DNA of 64,000 nucleotides from Euryarchaeota archaeon UBA52 (GTDB taxonomy: Archaea; Thermoplasmatota; Poseidoniia; Poseidoniales; Thalassarchaeaceae): assembly GCA_002505455.1 (NCBI GenBank), contig DAVB01000055.1, positions 11,710-75,709 on the forward strand. The letters run 5' to 3'. The position numbers and the translations under genes are program-made. The notes under the pieces are model-generated. The model worked only from the letters and a program-made list of their open reading frames with translations. It was not told where the DNA came from and made no database searches. Of this stretch, positions 19,452-28,787 are shown one piece after another (position 1 is the first letter of the stretch; the number at the start of each line of letters is the position of its first letter).

Positions 19452-20249
19452 ATCGTTTCTAAATGAATCTATTATGAGCGGTGCAGCGATTATTCCGCCT
19501 ACCACTAATGCAAGTTTGATCCAACTAGATGACGGTACTGCAGGCCACGCTCCCGTCGTTAGAAGCTTTATCGATCCAAGCCAGGGAATTTCAGTCGAGG
19601 CAATACCGATAACCCACTCGTCCTTAACAGCAAGTACGGGATTACCATCCTCGTCCTTGAGTCCTTGACTCATTATGTACTGGTCCGAGGCGTCTCTATC
19701 TGTGGCTCTGAGTTGATCTATCCTGCATCCATTCGATTTCTCATTATCTCCTGTTGTGAGGTAACCCTCATGGCTGGGTATCCATCGGTCGATCCTCAAA
19801 TTTCCGCCATGGGGATAGCATTCGTATTGAAGGGTGAGGGATATTTCCTCCACGCCTCTTAGGTCTGTGCCGGGTACGTCCCATCCCCCAGATTCATTTT
19901 GAGTTGCCTTGAGTATGGCTCTATGAATCACAGGAGTGTCGCTCCCGCCATTCTTCTTGTAGATGATAACGTCGCCGGGCATACCATGACTTTCATACCC
20001 CTGATGGGGATTGCCCTCCTGAATTGACTCTGCGAATGTAATGATATGTTCTGCTCTTTCTGGGGCGGTGACCAAGATGAGGTCTCCGGCATCTATTGCC
20101 CCTATCTCACCATCCTCTGAATGGATCATTGAATTGCTCTCGACCACTACGAGAGGGGGCCATGATCCGGTGAAGGCCCACAGACCGGACAATATGATGA
20201 CGACCAATGAGATCGATATCATTGCCTCCCTGATTATGGAAGATGTCAT
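19398..20249 (-). CDS. Signal peptidase I, archaeal (S26)
   Basis: VVESNSM, GDVIIY, PVIHRA (Ser/His dyad), TGDN. Confidence 0.88.
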   Translation of the reverse strand: MTSSIIREAMISISLVVIILSGLWAFTGSWPPLVVVESNSMIHSEDGEIGAIDAGDLILVTAPERAEHIITFAESIQEGNPHQGYESHGMPGDVIIYKKNGGSDTPVIHRAILKATQNESGGWDVPGTDLRGVEEISLTLQYECYPHGGNLRIDRWIPSHEGYLTTGDNEKSNGCRIDQLRATDRDASDQYIMSQGLKDEDGNPVLAVKDEWVIGIASTEIPWLGSIKLLTTGAWPAVPSSSWIKLALVVGGIIAAPLIIDSFRNDLEESGQDDGDHDQGEDE

Positions 20250-20250
20250 C

Positions 20251-21003
20251 TTAATCCACATCCTCTTCGATGGACTTGGCGGGGGTTGTCATCCACAATA
20301 ACATCGTAAGTGCGAGTGCGATTACCGCACTAACAGGATCAATGTGCGGCGGAGGGTGACTTTGTACCGGGTTCCCGATGATCATATCATTAAGTGAACG
20401 AGAAGAGGCGTCAAGACCACCGAATAACGATTCAAACGCTATGATCGCGAGGAAAAAGGATGTGATGGAGATTAGCGCTCTGTGTATTTCCACTTTCTCA
20501 AGAGCGCTCAGCCGAGGGAGCATAACTGAGATCTTGGAACGTGGATTAGACCACCATGACATTGACTTTGTGCTATTTGTTGGGCGTTCACTCCATCTAC
20601 GATTCGGTTTAATCTCAAGATCACGGTAAACATCCAGTAATCTAGATCTATATCCTGCTCCAAGAGCCTCCGCCGCATCCTCAGCCTCTTTCCTACGCCT
20701 GATTACTTCAGTCCTGGAATCCAATGCACAGATCTCTTCGAACGTGTCTCTCAATGAGAGGTAGGCGAAAAACTCAGGGAGCAGAAAGAAGCATCCTGTT
20801 CCACCGATGATGAGGCACATCCAACTGAACGGAACCAATGATGATGTTGCTGGGTCAGTGGCCCCTCCCAGCATCAGGAATAGAAGACCCCAGCCCGTAG
20901 CACCCGCAAATAAGATCGATGTGTAGGCTGTAACGGGGTAGTGTATGTCAGGATTGGCCCTCCACCATCTTCGGATCCTCTGCGTCGGCGATAGTCGGGC
21001 CAC
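20251..21003 (-). CDS. Hypothetical membrane protein (4 TM)
   Basis: 250-aa ORF with two TM pairs; abuts the S26 gene start. Confidence 0.7.
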   Translation of the reverse strand: MARLSPTQRIRRWWRANPDIHYPVTAYTSILFAGATGWGLLFLMLGGATDPATSSLVPFSWMCLIIGGTGCFFLLPEFFAYLSLRDTFEEICALDSRTEVIRRRKEAEDAAEALGAGYRSRLLDVYRDLEIKPNRRWSERPTNSTKSMSWWSNPRSKISVMLPRLSALEKVEIHRALISITSFFLAIIAFESLFGGLDASSRSLNDMIIGNPVQSHPPPHIDPVSAVIALALTMLLWMTTPAKSIEEDVD

Positions 21004-21092
21004 GTCAATGGGCAGAGCGATTGGGATTAGGGCCTTCCGGGGTTTCGAGTCTGACGAAGAGGGCTTTTTTGCCTAGTCTCCAGCGACTGGGC

Positions 21093-24074
21093 ATGGGAGG
21101 CAGGGGCATCGGGCTCGAACCTCGAGTGTCAGCCCTACTTCGAGGGCTGGATTGGGATCCGACTCCGATTCAGAGAGAGGGCGAGGGAGTCCTGCTCTCG
21201 GGCAAAGATGCTCTGCTAGTGGCTCCCACCGGCAGCGGGAAGACGGAGGCTGCGGTGATACCTCTCGTTTCCAGAACCCTGGAGCATGACTGGGAGCCTC
21301 TATCCATACTCTACATAACACCCCTAAGGGCGCTGAACAGAGACATGGATCAGCGACTTGGTCCGTTCCTCGAACCTCTGGGGCTCGACGTTTCATTGAG
21401 GCATGGCGATACGAGTAAATCAGAACGCGCCAGACAATCTAAGAATCCACCGCATTTGCTGATCACGACTCCTGAAACTGCTCAAATTATGCTGCTTGGT
21501 TCAAGGTTACGCAAACATCTTGCGAAGGTTCGTGCGATAGTTATCGACGAAGTTCACAATTTAGCCGGATCCGAGCGTGGTTCGCAACTTCTCGTTGGGA
21601 TTGAGAGAATTCGTGCATTGGCAAGAAGGGACGTCCAAATTGTAGGGCTATCAGCGACAATAGGAAACCCGGAGGAAGTAGCAAAATGGTTCTCGAAAGA
21701 TGCTGTTGTTGTCAGGGGGCCGTCCCCGAGGACTACTGAGGTACGCGTGCATGTTGAGCAATCAACGCCTGAGGATGAGGCGTTGGCTGTACCTTGGAAT
21801 GTATCTCCGAGGGCGATATCCTCCCTGAGGAGGCTGTCTCGTCTTATCGGAGAGTCGTCTCCGGCTCTTGTCTTCGTAAACTCAAGATCGAATTCGGAGA
21901 CAGTTGCACAGAGGATGCTCAAGATTGCTCCCGAAGTCGAAATCGGGGTCCATCATGGCAGTCTCGCAGCAGATTCCAGGAAAGAAGTCGAGGGCGCATT
22001 GAAAGAAGGACGGATTGATGCCATGATCTGTACATCAAGTCTCGAGCTTGGGATAGACGTTGGTTCGATACGTGCTGTTCATCAGTTACAATCCCCGAGG
22101 AGCGTCGACAGCTTACTACAACGAATTGGAAGGTCCGACCACAGGGTTGGAGGGACTGGTAGGGGTGAGGTTCTCGTATGGGAAGATGATGATGTTGCAG
22201 AATCAGCAGTCATAGCCAGGAGAGCCCTGGAAGGAGAGATTCCAGATGTAGAATGGCGTACTGACCCAGCGATAGTTGCTGCTAACCAGCTTATGCAGAT
22301 GGCAATGCAAGAAAGTGTCGTATCAATCGAGGAGGCGCATGCAATACTGACTTCTGCATCGATATTCCAAAAATGGGACCTTCAAGATACTCTTGATACT
22401 CTGAGAGTATTGGACAATCGGTGGCTTCTGAAATTATTCAATGATCCTGCAGAGTCAGACATCATTTCCTGGAGCCCGAAGATATGGGAAGCAGTTTCTT
22501 CAGGTCTTGAAGATGAATCGATACCGAGCACTAGGCCCTCATCATCCGATACAGAACCCGCAGAGATTGAGAAATGGAAGAAAATCATGATTCCGAGGCT
22601 TCCAAAGAAGATTTCCAAGGGCTGGTTCCAACCAGCTGGGAAGCTAATGTCGACAAGGACTCAGCATTACTCGATGATTCCTGATGAGTCGTTATACAGA
22701 ATACGTGATGTTGTAAGCAGGAGGGTTCTGGGGACAGTGGACGAGTCATTCGTTCTATCTCTTAGCTCCGATGGGAGCGAGGATGGGGGCGGGAGACCCA
22801 GAACATTCGTCATGGCTGGCAGAACTTGGCAGATTATCGATGCAGACCCTGAGCAAAATGAGCTTACTGTTGCTCCTATCTCGGAGATTGGCAACGCGCC
22901 GGTATGGTCCGGAGAGTTGCCGCCAGTACCAAGAGAAGTTGCTGAAGAGGTGGGTCAGCTCAGAAGGAGCATCGCTGAAATGACCGGTTCTTTAGAAGAG
23001 CGGGGTAGCATCATCCCCTTCGATAGATACCCTCTCTCAAATGAGGCTGCTTCGGGTTACATACAGTCTGTAATGGATCATCTTGACTCCACAGGACACA
23101 TCCCGGACGACCTCAAGCTAACTCTCGAGGTTAGAGAGCACGCGATCGTATTGAATTGCTGTAGAGGTTCCAAGATCAATGAGACTCTGGCGCATTTCAT
23201 CCAAGCGATGGGGTCGGCACTCGGAGGGTCCACAGGAATGGCTGTGGTTGATCCCTACCGGATATCATTCAAGATACCTAAAGTGGATGCAGGTCATATC
23301 GAAGAATGGTTGAGGGGGACCTCTCCGTCTGCTCTTGAAGCGATTCTAAGGATGACTATCCCGAACGGTAGAGCGATTAGGGCCAGATTCGTACAGGTCG
23401 CTCGGAGATTTGGGGTATTGAGAAAAGATGTTGACCCCAGAAGGGTGAATATCGAAGGCATGATGAAGCGATATTCAGGCACGCCAGTAGTTGAGGAAAC
23501 TCTGTCCAAATTGTTCTATGAGAGAATGGACATAGAAGGGACAATGGATCTAATTTCAGATATACAGGATGGTCGTGTTTCTGTTGTTGTTACAGGGCCG
23601 GGCCCCCTTGGCCAGTCCCCTCGTTCTGAGCGAGACATGTTACTCCCCGCCTGGAGCGATAAGGATCTGCGCGAACGTCTCGAAACGAGGCTTCTTTCAG
23701 AGCGATGTGTCCTGATATGCATCAACTGCTCATCCATCGAGAGGAAACGTGTCGGACGTCTTGAGAATGGGATGGATGATTGTTCGGTGTGTGGTGGCGG
23801 AATGAGGTGTTGCGCCCCAGAAAGATTGGAAAGTATGCTGTCTGGATGGGTCTCCAGTCGAGATCCTAAAGATCGCGGCCGGGTTCAGAAAAACGCCGAA
23901 TTGCTGCGCAATCATGGATTCGAGGCGATCATGTGCCTCATGGCCAGAGGGGTGGGGGAGGAAACTGCCACGCGTATTCTAAGATCGCATGCTGGCAAAA
24001 CCCGTACTGAACTTTTGAGATCGATTCACAACGCTGAGATCGAATACGCTCGTACCAGACGATACTGGTCTTGA
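21093..24074 (+). CDS. lhr: Lhr-family SF2 helicase with C-terminal Zn finger
   Basis: APTGSGKTEAA, YITPLRALNRD, TTPET, DEVH, SAT, HHGSL, TSSLELGID, QRIGRS; CINC..CSVC near the C terminus. Confidence 0.93.
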   Translation: MGGRGIGLEPRVSALLRGLDWDPTPIQREGEGVLLSGKDALLVAPTGSGKTEAAVIPLVSRTLEHDWEPLSILYITPLRALNRDMDQRLGPFLEPLGLDVSLRHGDTSKSERARQSKNPPHLLITTPETAQIMLLGSRLRKHLAKVRAIVIDEVHNLAGSERGSQLLVGIERIRALARRDVQIVGLSATIGNPEEVAKWFSKDAVVVRGPSPRTTEVRVHVEQSTPEDEALAVPWNVSPRAISSLRRLSRLIGESSPALVFVNSRSNSETVAQRMLKIAPEVEIGVHHGSLAADSRKEVEGALKEGRIDAMICTSSLELGIDVGSIRAVHQLQSPRSVDSLLQRIGRSDHRVGGTGRGEVLVWEDDDVAESAVIARRALEGEIPDVEWRTDPAIVAANQLMQMAMQESVVSIEEAHAILTSASIFQKWDLQDTLDTLRVLDNRWLLKLFNDPAESDIISWSPKIWEAVSSGLEDESIPSTRPSSSDTEPAEIEKWKKIMIPRLPKKISKGWFQPAGKLMSTRTQHYSMIPDESLYRIRDVVSRRVLGTVDESFVLSLSSDGSEDGGGRPRTFVMAGRTWQIIDADPEQNELTVAPISEIGNAPVWSGELPPVPREVAEEVGQLRRSIAEMTGSLEERGSIIPFDRYPLSNEAASGYIQSVMDHLDSTGHIPDDLKLTLEVREHAIVLNCCRGSKINETLAHFIQAMGSALGGSTGMAVVDPYRISFKIPKVDAGHIEEWLRGTSPSALEAILRMTIPNGRAIRARFVQVARRFGVLRKDVDPRRVNIEGMMKRYSGTPVVEETLSKLFYERMDIEGTMDLISDIQDGRVSVVVTGPGPLGQSPRSERDMLLPAWSDKDLRERLETRLLSERCVLICINCSSIERKRVGRLENGMDDCSVCGGGMRCCAPERLESMLSGWVSSRDPKDRGRVQKNAELLRNHGFEAIMCLMARGVGEETATRILRSHAGKTRTELLRSIHNAEIEYARTRRYWS

Positions 24075-24110
24075 CGCAATCGCTATCCGGTTGATATGGG
24101 TCCGAGGAGC

Positions 24111-24653
24111 ATGTTGATTGGCCTCACAGGAAGGAATGCGTCTGGCAAGACCACTGTGGTTGAATGGTTCTCTGAACGTGGATTTGTATCTGAATCATGC
24201 TCAGATTCGATTAGAACGTGGTTGGCGGAAAGGGGTGTAGAGGCAACCAGGGAGAATCTCATCGAGGGCGGAAGAGAACTTCGTAGGCAAGGTGGCGGAG
24301 GCATTCTGGCTGAAATGCTTCTTGAGCGTCTCAACGGGAGAGATGCCGTCATCGATTCAATACGTACTCCGGCTGAGGTGGACGCCCTCCGTAAGAGAGA
24401 GGACTTCGTATTGATCGAGGTTGTAGCCGATCCGAGAATACGATGGGCTAGAGCGGCGGCTAGATCGAGACCCGGCGATCCCTCCAGTGAAGCGGAGTTC
24501 ATGGAGTCGGAAGAAAGAGAGTTGGAAGCCACCGACCATGCCGGTCAAGCCCTCATTGCAACCGCGGCTATGGCTGATTTCAAAATCGAGAATGATGGAG
24601 ATTTAGGGGCTTTGGGGAGCAGATTGAATCAGATCATGTCCGATATCTCATGA
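24111..24653 (+). CDS. P-loop nucleotide kinase-like protein (archaeal CoaE-like family; substrate uncertain)
   Basis: IGLTGRNASGKTT, TRENLIEGG.ELR, IDSIR.PAEV, I.NDG. Confidence 0.8.
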   Translation: MLIGLTGRNASGKTTVVEWFSERGFVSESCSDSIRTWLAERGVEATRENLIEGGRELRRQGGGGILAEMLLERLNGRDAVIDSIRTPAEVDALRKREDFVLIEVVADPRIRWARAAARSRPGDPSSEAEFMESEERELEATDHAGQALIATAAMADFKIENDGDLGALGSRLNQIMSDIS

Positions 24654-25091
24654 TTGAGCGGTTCTGATAGCCACCCCAGACTCTCGCAATAAAGCCATGG
24701 AACGCTCGAAATCTTCCTTCCAACGGCCTGGAATCTCAAGACCGGCGGGGATGACGACTTCGGATACGCCAGCTTGAATTAGGCTCCTTGCGCATCGGGT
24801 ACATGGAGGCCAAGTCACATAGGCAGTACACCCCTTAAGAGCGAGGCCGATCCTTGCTGCATGCATGATCGCATTCTCTTCAGCGTGGCATATCAGCGGA
24901 TACTTGAGTTCCCTGTCCGATAATCTCTCGTCCGTGTCAGCGATACCACGCGGAAACCCATTGAAGCCAGTCGATCTGATCTCTCTGTCTGGACCGACCA
25001 CGACGCATCCGACCTTGGTCGAAGGGTCCTTGCTCCAGTTCGCTATATGGGTTGCAAGACTTAGGAAACGTCCGTCCCACTTCTCACTCAT
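24648..25091 (-). CDS. dCMP deaminase family protein
   Basis: SKDPSTKVG, GFNGFPRG, HAEEN and PCTRC zinc motifs. Confidence 0.92.
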   Translation of the reverse strand: MSEKWDGRFLSLATHIANWSKDPSTKVGCVVVGPDREIRSTGFNGFPRGIADTDERLSDRELKYPLICHAEENAIMHAARIGLALKGCTAYVTWPPCTRCARSLIQAGVSEVVIPAGLEIPGRWKEDFERSMALLRESGVAIRTAQS

Positions 25092-25114
25092 ACCCCTGCC
25101 TCATGCTGTCTTAG

Positions 25115-26347
25115 TCAAGAGGGTTGCCGAGGAGGGTGCACCAACAAGGCATCGGATAGATCGTGTTTCAGAGGGTTTAGCACGGACAGCACATCCCCGA
25201 CCAAATGTATGCTGCCCATGACAAGAAGTTCCGCATTTTGATCAGATGCGCGTTGGAAGGCCTCTTCGAATGCTGAAAGGACATCATTCGAAAATGAGTG
25301 ATTTATCACCGATCCGAAGATGTCTCCAATCTTTTGTGCAGAATGCGGGGGCAGTCTGCCATGCTCAGGTTCTGTGATGACTGCATGAATGATCATTCTT
25401 GATGTCTCATCATCTATCAAAGGTGCTAGAATCCCATCTAGATCATCCTTCTGTGTGAATCCGATCATAATCACAGCATCTCGATCCAGGCGAGAGGCCT
25501 CGTCACTGATTCCTTCCAAGTTGTGCGCTGCGCTCAGCCTCACAGCGACATTACCGGACATATGCACAGTTCCATCCCTTCCTGGCCATCTGATATCCAT
25601 TGGATCTTTTTTCCACCCCATGTGATGTCCGATCTTGGAAGCCATGTTGTACCATTTTTCCCAAGGTTTGTCAGTTGAATTGTCCCTATGCAGGAGGAAA
25701 TCATGACCGGTCAATCGGCGTACTTGTGATTCGATCTCCTCGTTGTCTGGATCGAACATCATGAGTGGAACTCCTGGACGATAGATTCCCGCTTTCTCCC
25801 TTGCAACGTCGACGAGTGTGGGGCCGAGAATGTCTAGATGGTCCTCCGAGATGGTTGTGATGGCGCAAAAATCAGCATTAACGCACCGAGTGGCATCGAG
25901 TCTGCCCCCCAATCCGGTCTCAATTATAGCCCTGCCAACTCCTGCTCTCATGAAAGAAAGTAGGGCGACTAGGAACGTCTTCTCATAGTACGTTACCTGA
26001 ATGGAAGGCGTCTCCTCGCTTGCCTTCCTGACAAGAGCTAGGCACTCATCGAACTCTTTCTCATCGATCGGCCTTCCATCGATCCTAGCACGCTCTTCGA
26101 CGTTCACCAGATGGGGCGAGGTGAACAGTCCGACTAAATTCCCAGAAGCAGCGGCTCTGGCAGCGAGATGTGCGCAGAGAGAGCCCTTGCCATTGGTTCC
26201 AGCTACATGGACCGATGGAAACGCGTCTTGGGGATTCGACAAACGTGCAAGCATCTGTCTGACATGAGTTAGCCCGAGCCTCATGCGCCGGCGCCCGGGG
26301 ACGGGAGCGAGCCATGCTCGAAGGTCTTCGTGAGTCCAGTGCGCCAT
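25115..26347 (-). CDS. folC: Folylpolyglutamate synthase/dihydrofolate synthase
   Basis: HVAGTNGKGS, FTSPHL, ETGLGGRLDAT, DH...LG.TL..VA.EKAGI, WPGR; C-terminal half divergent. Confidence 0.88.
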   Translation of the reverse strand: MAHWTHEDLRAWLAPVPGRRRMRLGLTHVRQMLARLSNPQDAFPSVHVAGTNGKGSLCAHLAARAAASGNLVGLFTSPHLVNVEERARIDGRPIDEKEFDECLALVRKASEETPSIQVTYYEKTFLVALLSFMRAGVGRAIIETGLGGRLDATRCVNADFCAITTISEDHLDILGPTLVDVAREKAGIYRPGVPLMMFDPDNEEIESQVRRLTGHDFLLHRDNSTDKPWEKWYNMASKIGHHMGWKKDPMDIRWPGRDGTVHMSGNVAVRLSAAHNLEGISDEASRLDRDAVIMIGFTQKDDLDGILAPLIDDETSRMIIHAVITEPEHGRLPPHSAQKIGDIFGSVINHSFSNDVLSAFEEAFQRASDQNAELLVMGSIHLVGDVLSVLNPLKHDLSDALLVHPPRQPS

Positions 26348-26396
26348 GCATCGGGGACAAGCCATCTTGATATGAGCCTAGGCGGTGAGAGGGGGT

Positions 26397-27455
26397 ATGT
26401 CCGACGGCAATCACAGGCCCATGGCGTGGTCATCGATGCTTGGGATGGCTGGTATGTTCATCTTCACAATAGCCATCGGAATTTTCATTCAACCCGCATG
26501 GAATTTCGAAGATGCGAAGGCTTTCGGTGAAGAGGGATCCACTGAAAGTGTGAACATACTTCTCTATTTGATGATGATTTTCTTATTCACTGCGCTTGTA
26601 ATTTGGCTAGCCAGGAAGGGGCGTCAAGTGTTGATCAAAGCATTCGTTCTTTTTGCACTTTGGGTATCGATGATCTATGCGACCTTTCCACTTTTGGTCT
26701 TGGGATTCGTGATGATAGGCACTCAGATGCCTGATGTGGTATTTTTCCAATCTCTTGATGCGGCATTTTACCTATCTCTGATCATTAGTCTGATTGCGAT
26801 AGTCGGGCTCTACAGATATCCTGAGTGGTGGGTTGTGAATGGAGTGGGCATGATTGTTGGTTCAGGGGTGATTGTCATGATGGGGATCAGCTTCGTCCCG
26901 GTGCTGGTGTGCATATTCATGATCGCTGCGGCCATTTATGACTACTGGGCGGTGCATCGCTCCAAACACATGCTCGAGCTGGCTGATACGATGATTGACC
27001 TCAAACTCCCAGTCGTTCTCGTTGCTCCCAAGGACGCCAGTTACAGCTTCAGAAGCGAGCGGGGGGGCATACGCAGCTCAGAGCCGATTGCAGGGGATTC
27101 CTCAGTTCGACTGGAAGAAGGGGTATCGAAGAAAGGGAGGGATGCGCTTTTCATGGGCCTGGGTGACGTGATCTTCCCGGGCATGCTTGTCATCTCAAGC
27201 CTAACCTACATGCCTGAGCTTGGAGGTGAAGTGTACAATCCGTATGGCCCGATGTATCTCAGCCAGATATTGGTGGCTTTGGGCACTCTCGTGGGAGGGC
27301 TGTTCGGATATGTGGCTCTGATGAGGTTCGTTGCAAAGGGGAATGCTCAGCCGGGATTGCCTCTTCTCAATGGAGGGGCGATTCTAGGGTACATCATCAC
27401 TGGAATTATTGTTGTCGGCCCTGCTGCTCTTTGGCAGGACATATCGTTCCTGTGA
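26397..27455 (+). CDS. Presenilin/SPP-family intramembrane aspartyl protease
   Basis: About 9 TM; YD (AIYDYWAV), GLGD and PGLP motifs. Confidence 0.92.
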   Translation: MSDGNHRPMAWSSMLGMAGMFIFTIAIGIFIQPAWNFEDAKAFGEEGSTESVNILLYLMMIFLFTALVIWLARKGRQVLIKAFVLFALWVSMIYATFPLLVLGFVMIGTQMPDVVFFQSLDAAFYLSLIISLIAIVGLYRYPEWWVVNGVGMIVGSGVIVMMGISFVPVLVCIFMIAAAIYDYWAVHRSKHMLELADTMIDLKLPVVLVAPKDASYSFRSERGGIRSSEPIAGDSSVRLEEGVSKKGRDALFMGLGDVIFPGMLVISSLTYMPELGGEVYNPYGPMYLSQILVALGTLVGGLFGYVALMRFVAKGNAQPGLPLLNGGAILGYIITGIIVVGPAALWQDISFL

Positions 27456-27509
27456 GTGCTGGAAGCCGAATCCCTCAAGTGGCCCATGGATGACCACTGA
27501 TTGAGGCTG

Positions 27510-28787
27510 ATGCTAGATATACAGATCTTCCGCGATAATCCGGCCAGCATCCGTGCTGACTTTTCGAAGAGGGGGATCGATGACGCTCTGATCGATGAGG
27601 TGGTACGTCTAGACGAAACCTGGAGGCAGATTAGATACGAAGTTGACCAGCTTCGGAAGAAGAAGAATTCAGCAGCAAGGGGCATTGCTTCAGCGAAGAA
27701 ATCCGGCGACGAAGACGAGTTCGGGCGTATCATGGACGAGGTGTCCAATCTCGGAGAGATGATCGAGAATTTGGAGTCGGATGCCAGGAAAATGGTCGAA
27801 GAACGCGATGGCATCAGAATGCGTATCCCCAATATCCTGCATCCTGATGTCCCAATCGGAAAAGACGATCAGAAGAACGTGGAGATTAGCAGGCACGGGT
27901 CGGAGAGAGTTTTCAGCTTCAAACCTAGAACCCATAACGAGATCATCGAGAAGAACGGATGGGTTGATCTCGCTCGGGGGGCCAAGGTTGCAGGATCTCG
28001 CCAGTACTTCCTGATTGGCGACCTGGCCAGGCTCGAGATGGCGCTCCAGCACTATGCGTCTGACTTCCTCATAGAAAGGGCATACACGCTTGTGCAACCG
28101 CCGCTCATGATGAATAGGGCTGCATACGAGGGAGTGACTGATCTCTCCGACTTCGAGACGGTCATGTATGGGATAGAGCCTGATGGGTACCACCTCATAG
28201 CCACGAGCGAGCATCCACTCACCGCGATGAGGATGGGTGAGATAATCGAGCCTTCTGAGCTTCCCATACGAATGGTTGGTACCAGCCCCTGTTTCCGGAG
28301 AGAGGTCGGGGCGCACGGACTTTCAGACAGAGGGATATGGCGAGTTCATCAATTCACCAAAGTCGAGCAAATTGTCATCTGCAGGCCTGAGGATTCTTGG
28401 GCCATGCATGAGGAGTTGCTTTCCAATGCGAAGGATCTCTGGGACAGCCTCGGACTCCACTACAGGGTTGTTGACATCTGCACGGGAGACATGGGGACTG
28501 TTGCCTCAAGGAAGTATGATTTGGAAGCATGGTTGCCCGGAGCGGGTGCTTTCAAGGAGGTTGTCTCATGCTCTAACTGCACGGACTACCAGGCGAATAG
28601 ACTTAGGATGCGCTACCGTACAAGCAAGGGGAATGAGGCGGTGCATACGCTCAATTCCACCGCTGTTGCGACGAGCAGGGCCCTAGTGGCGATAATGGAG
28701 CAATATCAGACAGAGAATGGGGGGGTTGCGATTCCGGAGGTACTCCAACCGCTCATGGGTGGTCGAACTCACCTCGAACGAATTTGA
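27510..28787 (+). CDS. serS: Serine--tRNA ligase (bacterial/canonical type)
   Basis: MLDI start, coiled-coil arm, TSEHPL, FRRE.G..G....GI.RVHQF.KVEQ, SCSNCTDYQANRL. Confidence 0.97.
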   Translation: MLDIQIFRDNPASIRADFSKRGIDDALIDEVVRLDETWRQIRYEVDQLRKKKNSAARGIASAKKSGDEDEFGRIMDEVSNLGEMIENLESDARKMVEERDGIRMRIPNILHPDVPIGKDDQKNVEISRHGSERVFSFKPRTHNEIIEKNGWVDLARGAKVAGSRQYFLIGDLARLEMALQHYASDFLIERAYTLVQPPLMMNRAAYEGVTDLSDFETVMYGIEPDGYHLIATSEHPLTAMRMGEIIEPSELPIRMVGTSPCFRREVGAHGLSDRGIWRVHQFTKVEQIVICRPEDSWAMHEELLSNAKDLWDSLGLHYRVVDICTGDMGTVASRKYDLEAWLPGAGAFKEVVSCSNCTDYQANRLRMRYRTSKGNEAVHTLNSTAVATSRALVAIMEQYQTENGGVAIPEVLQPLMGGRTHLERI

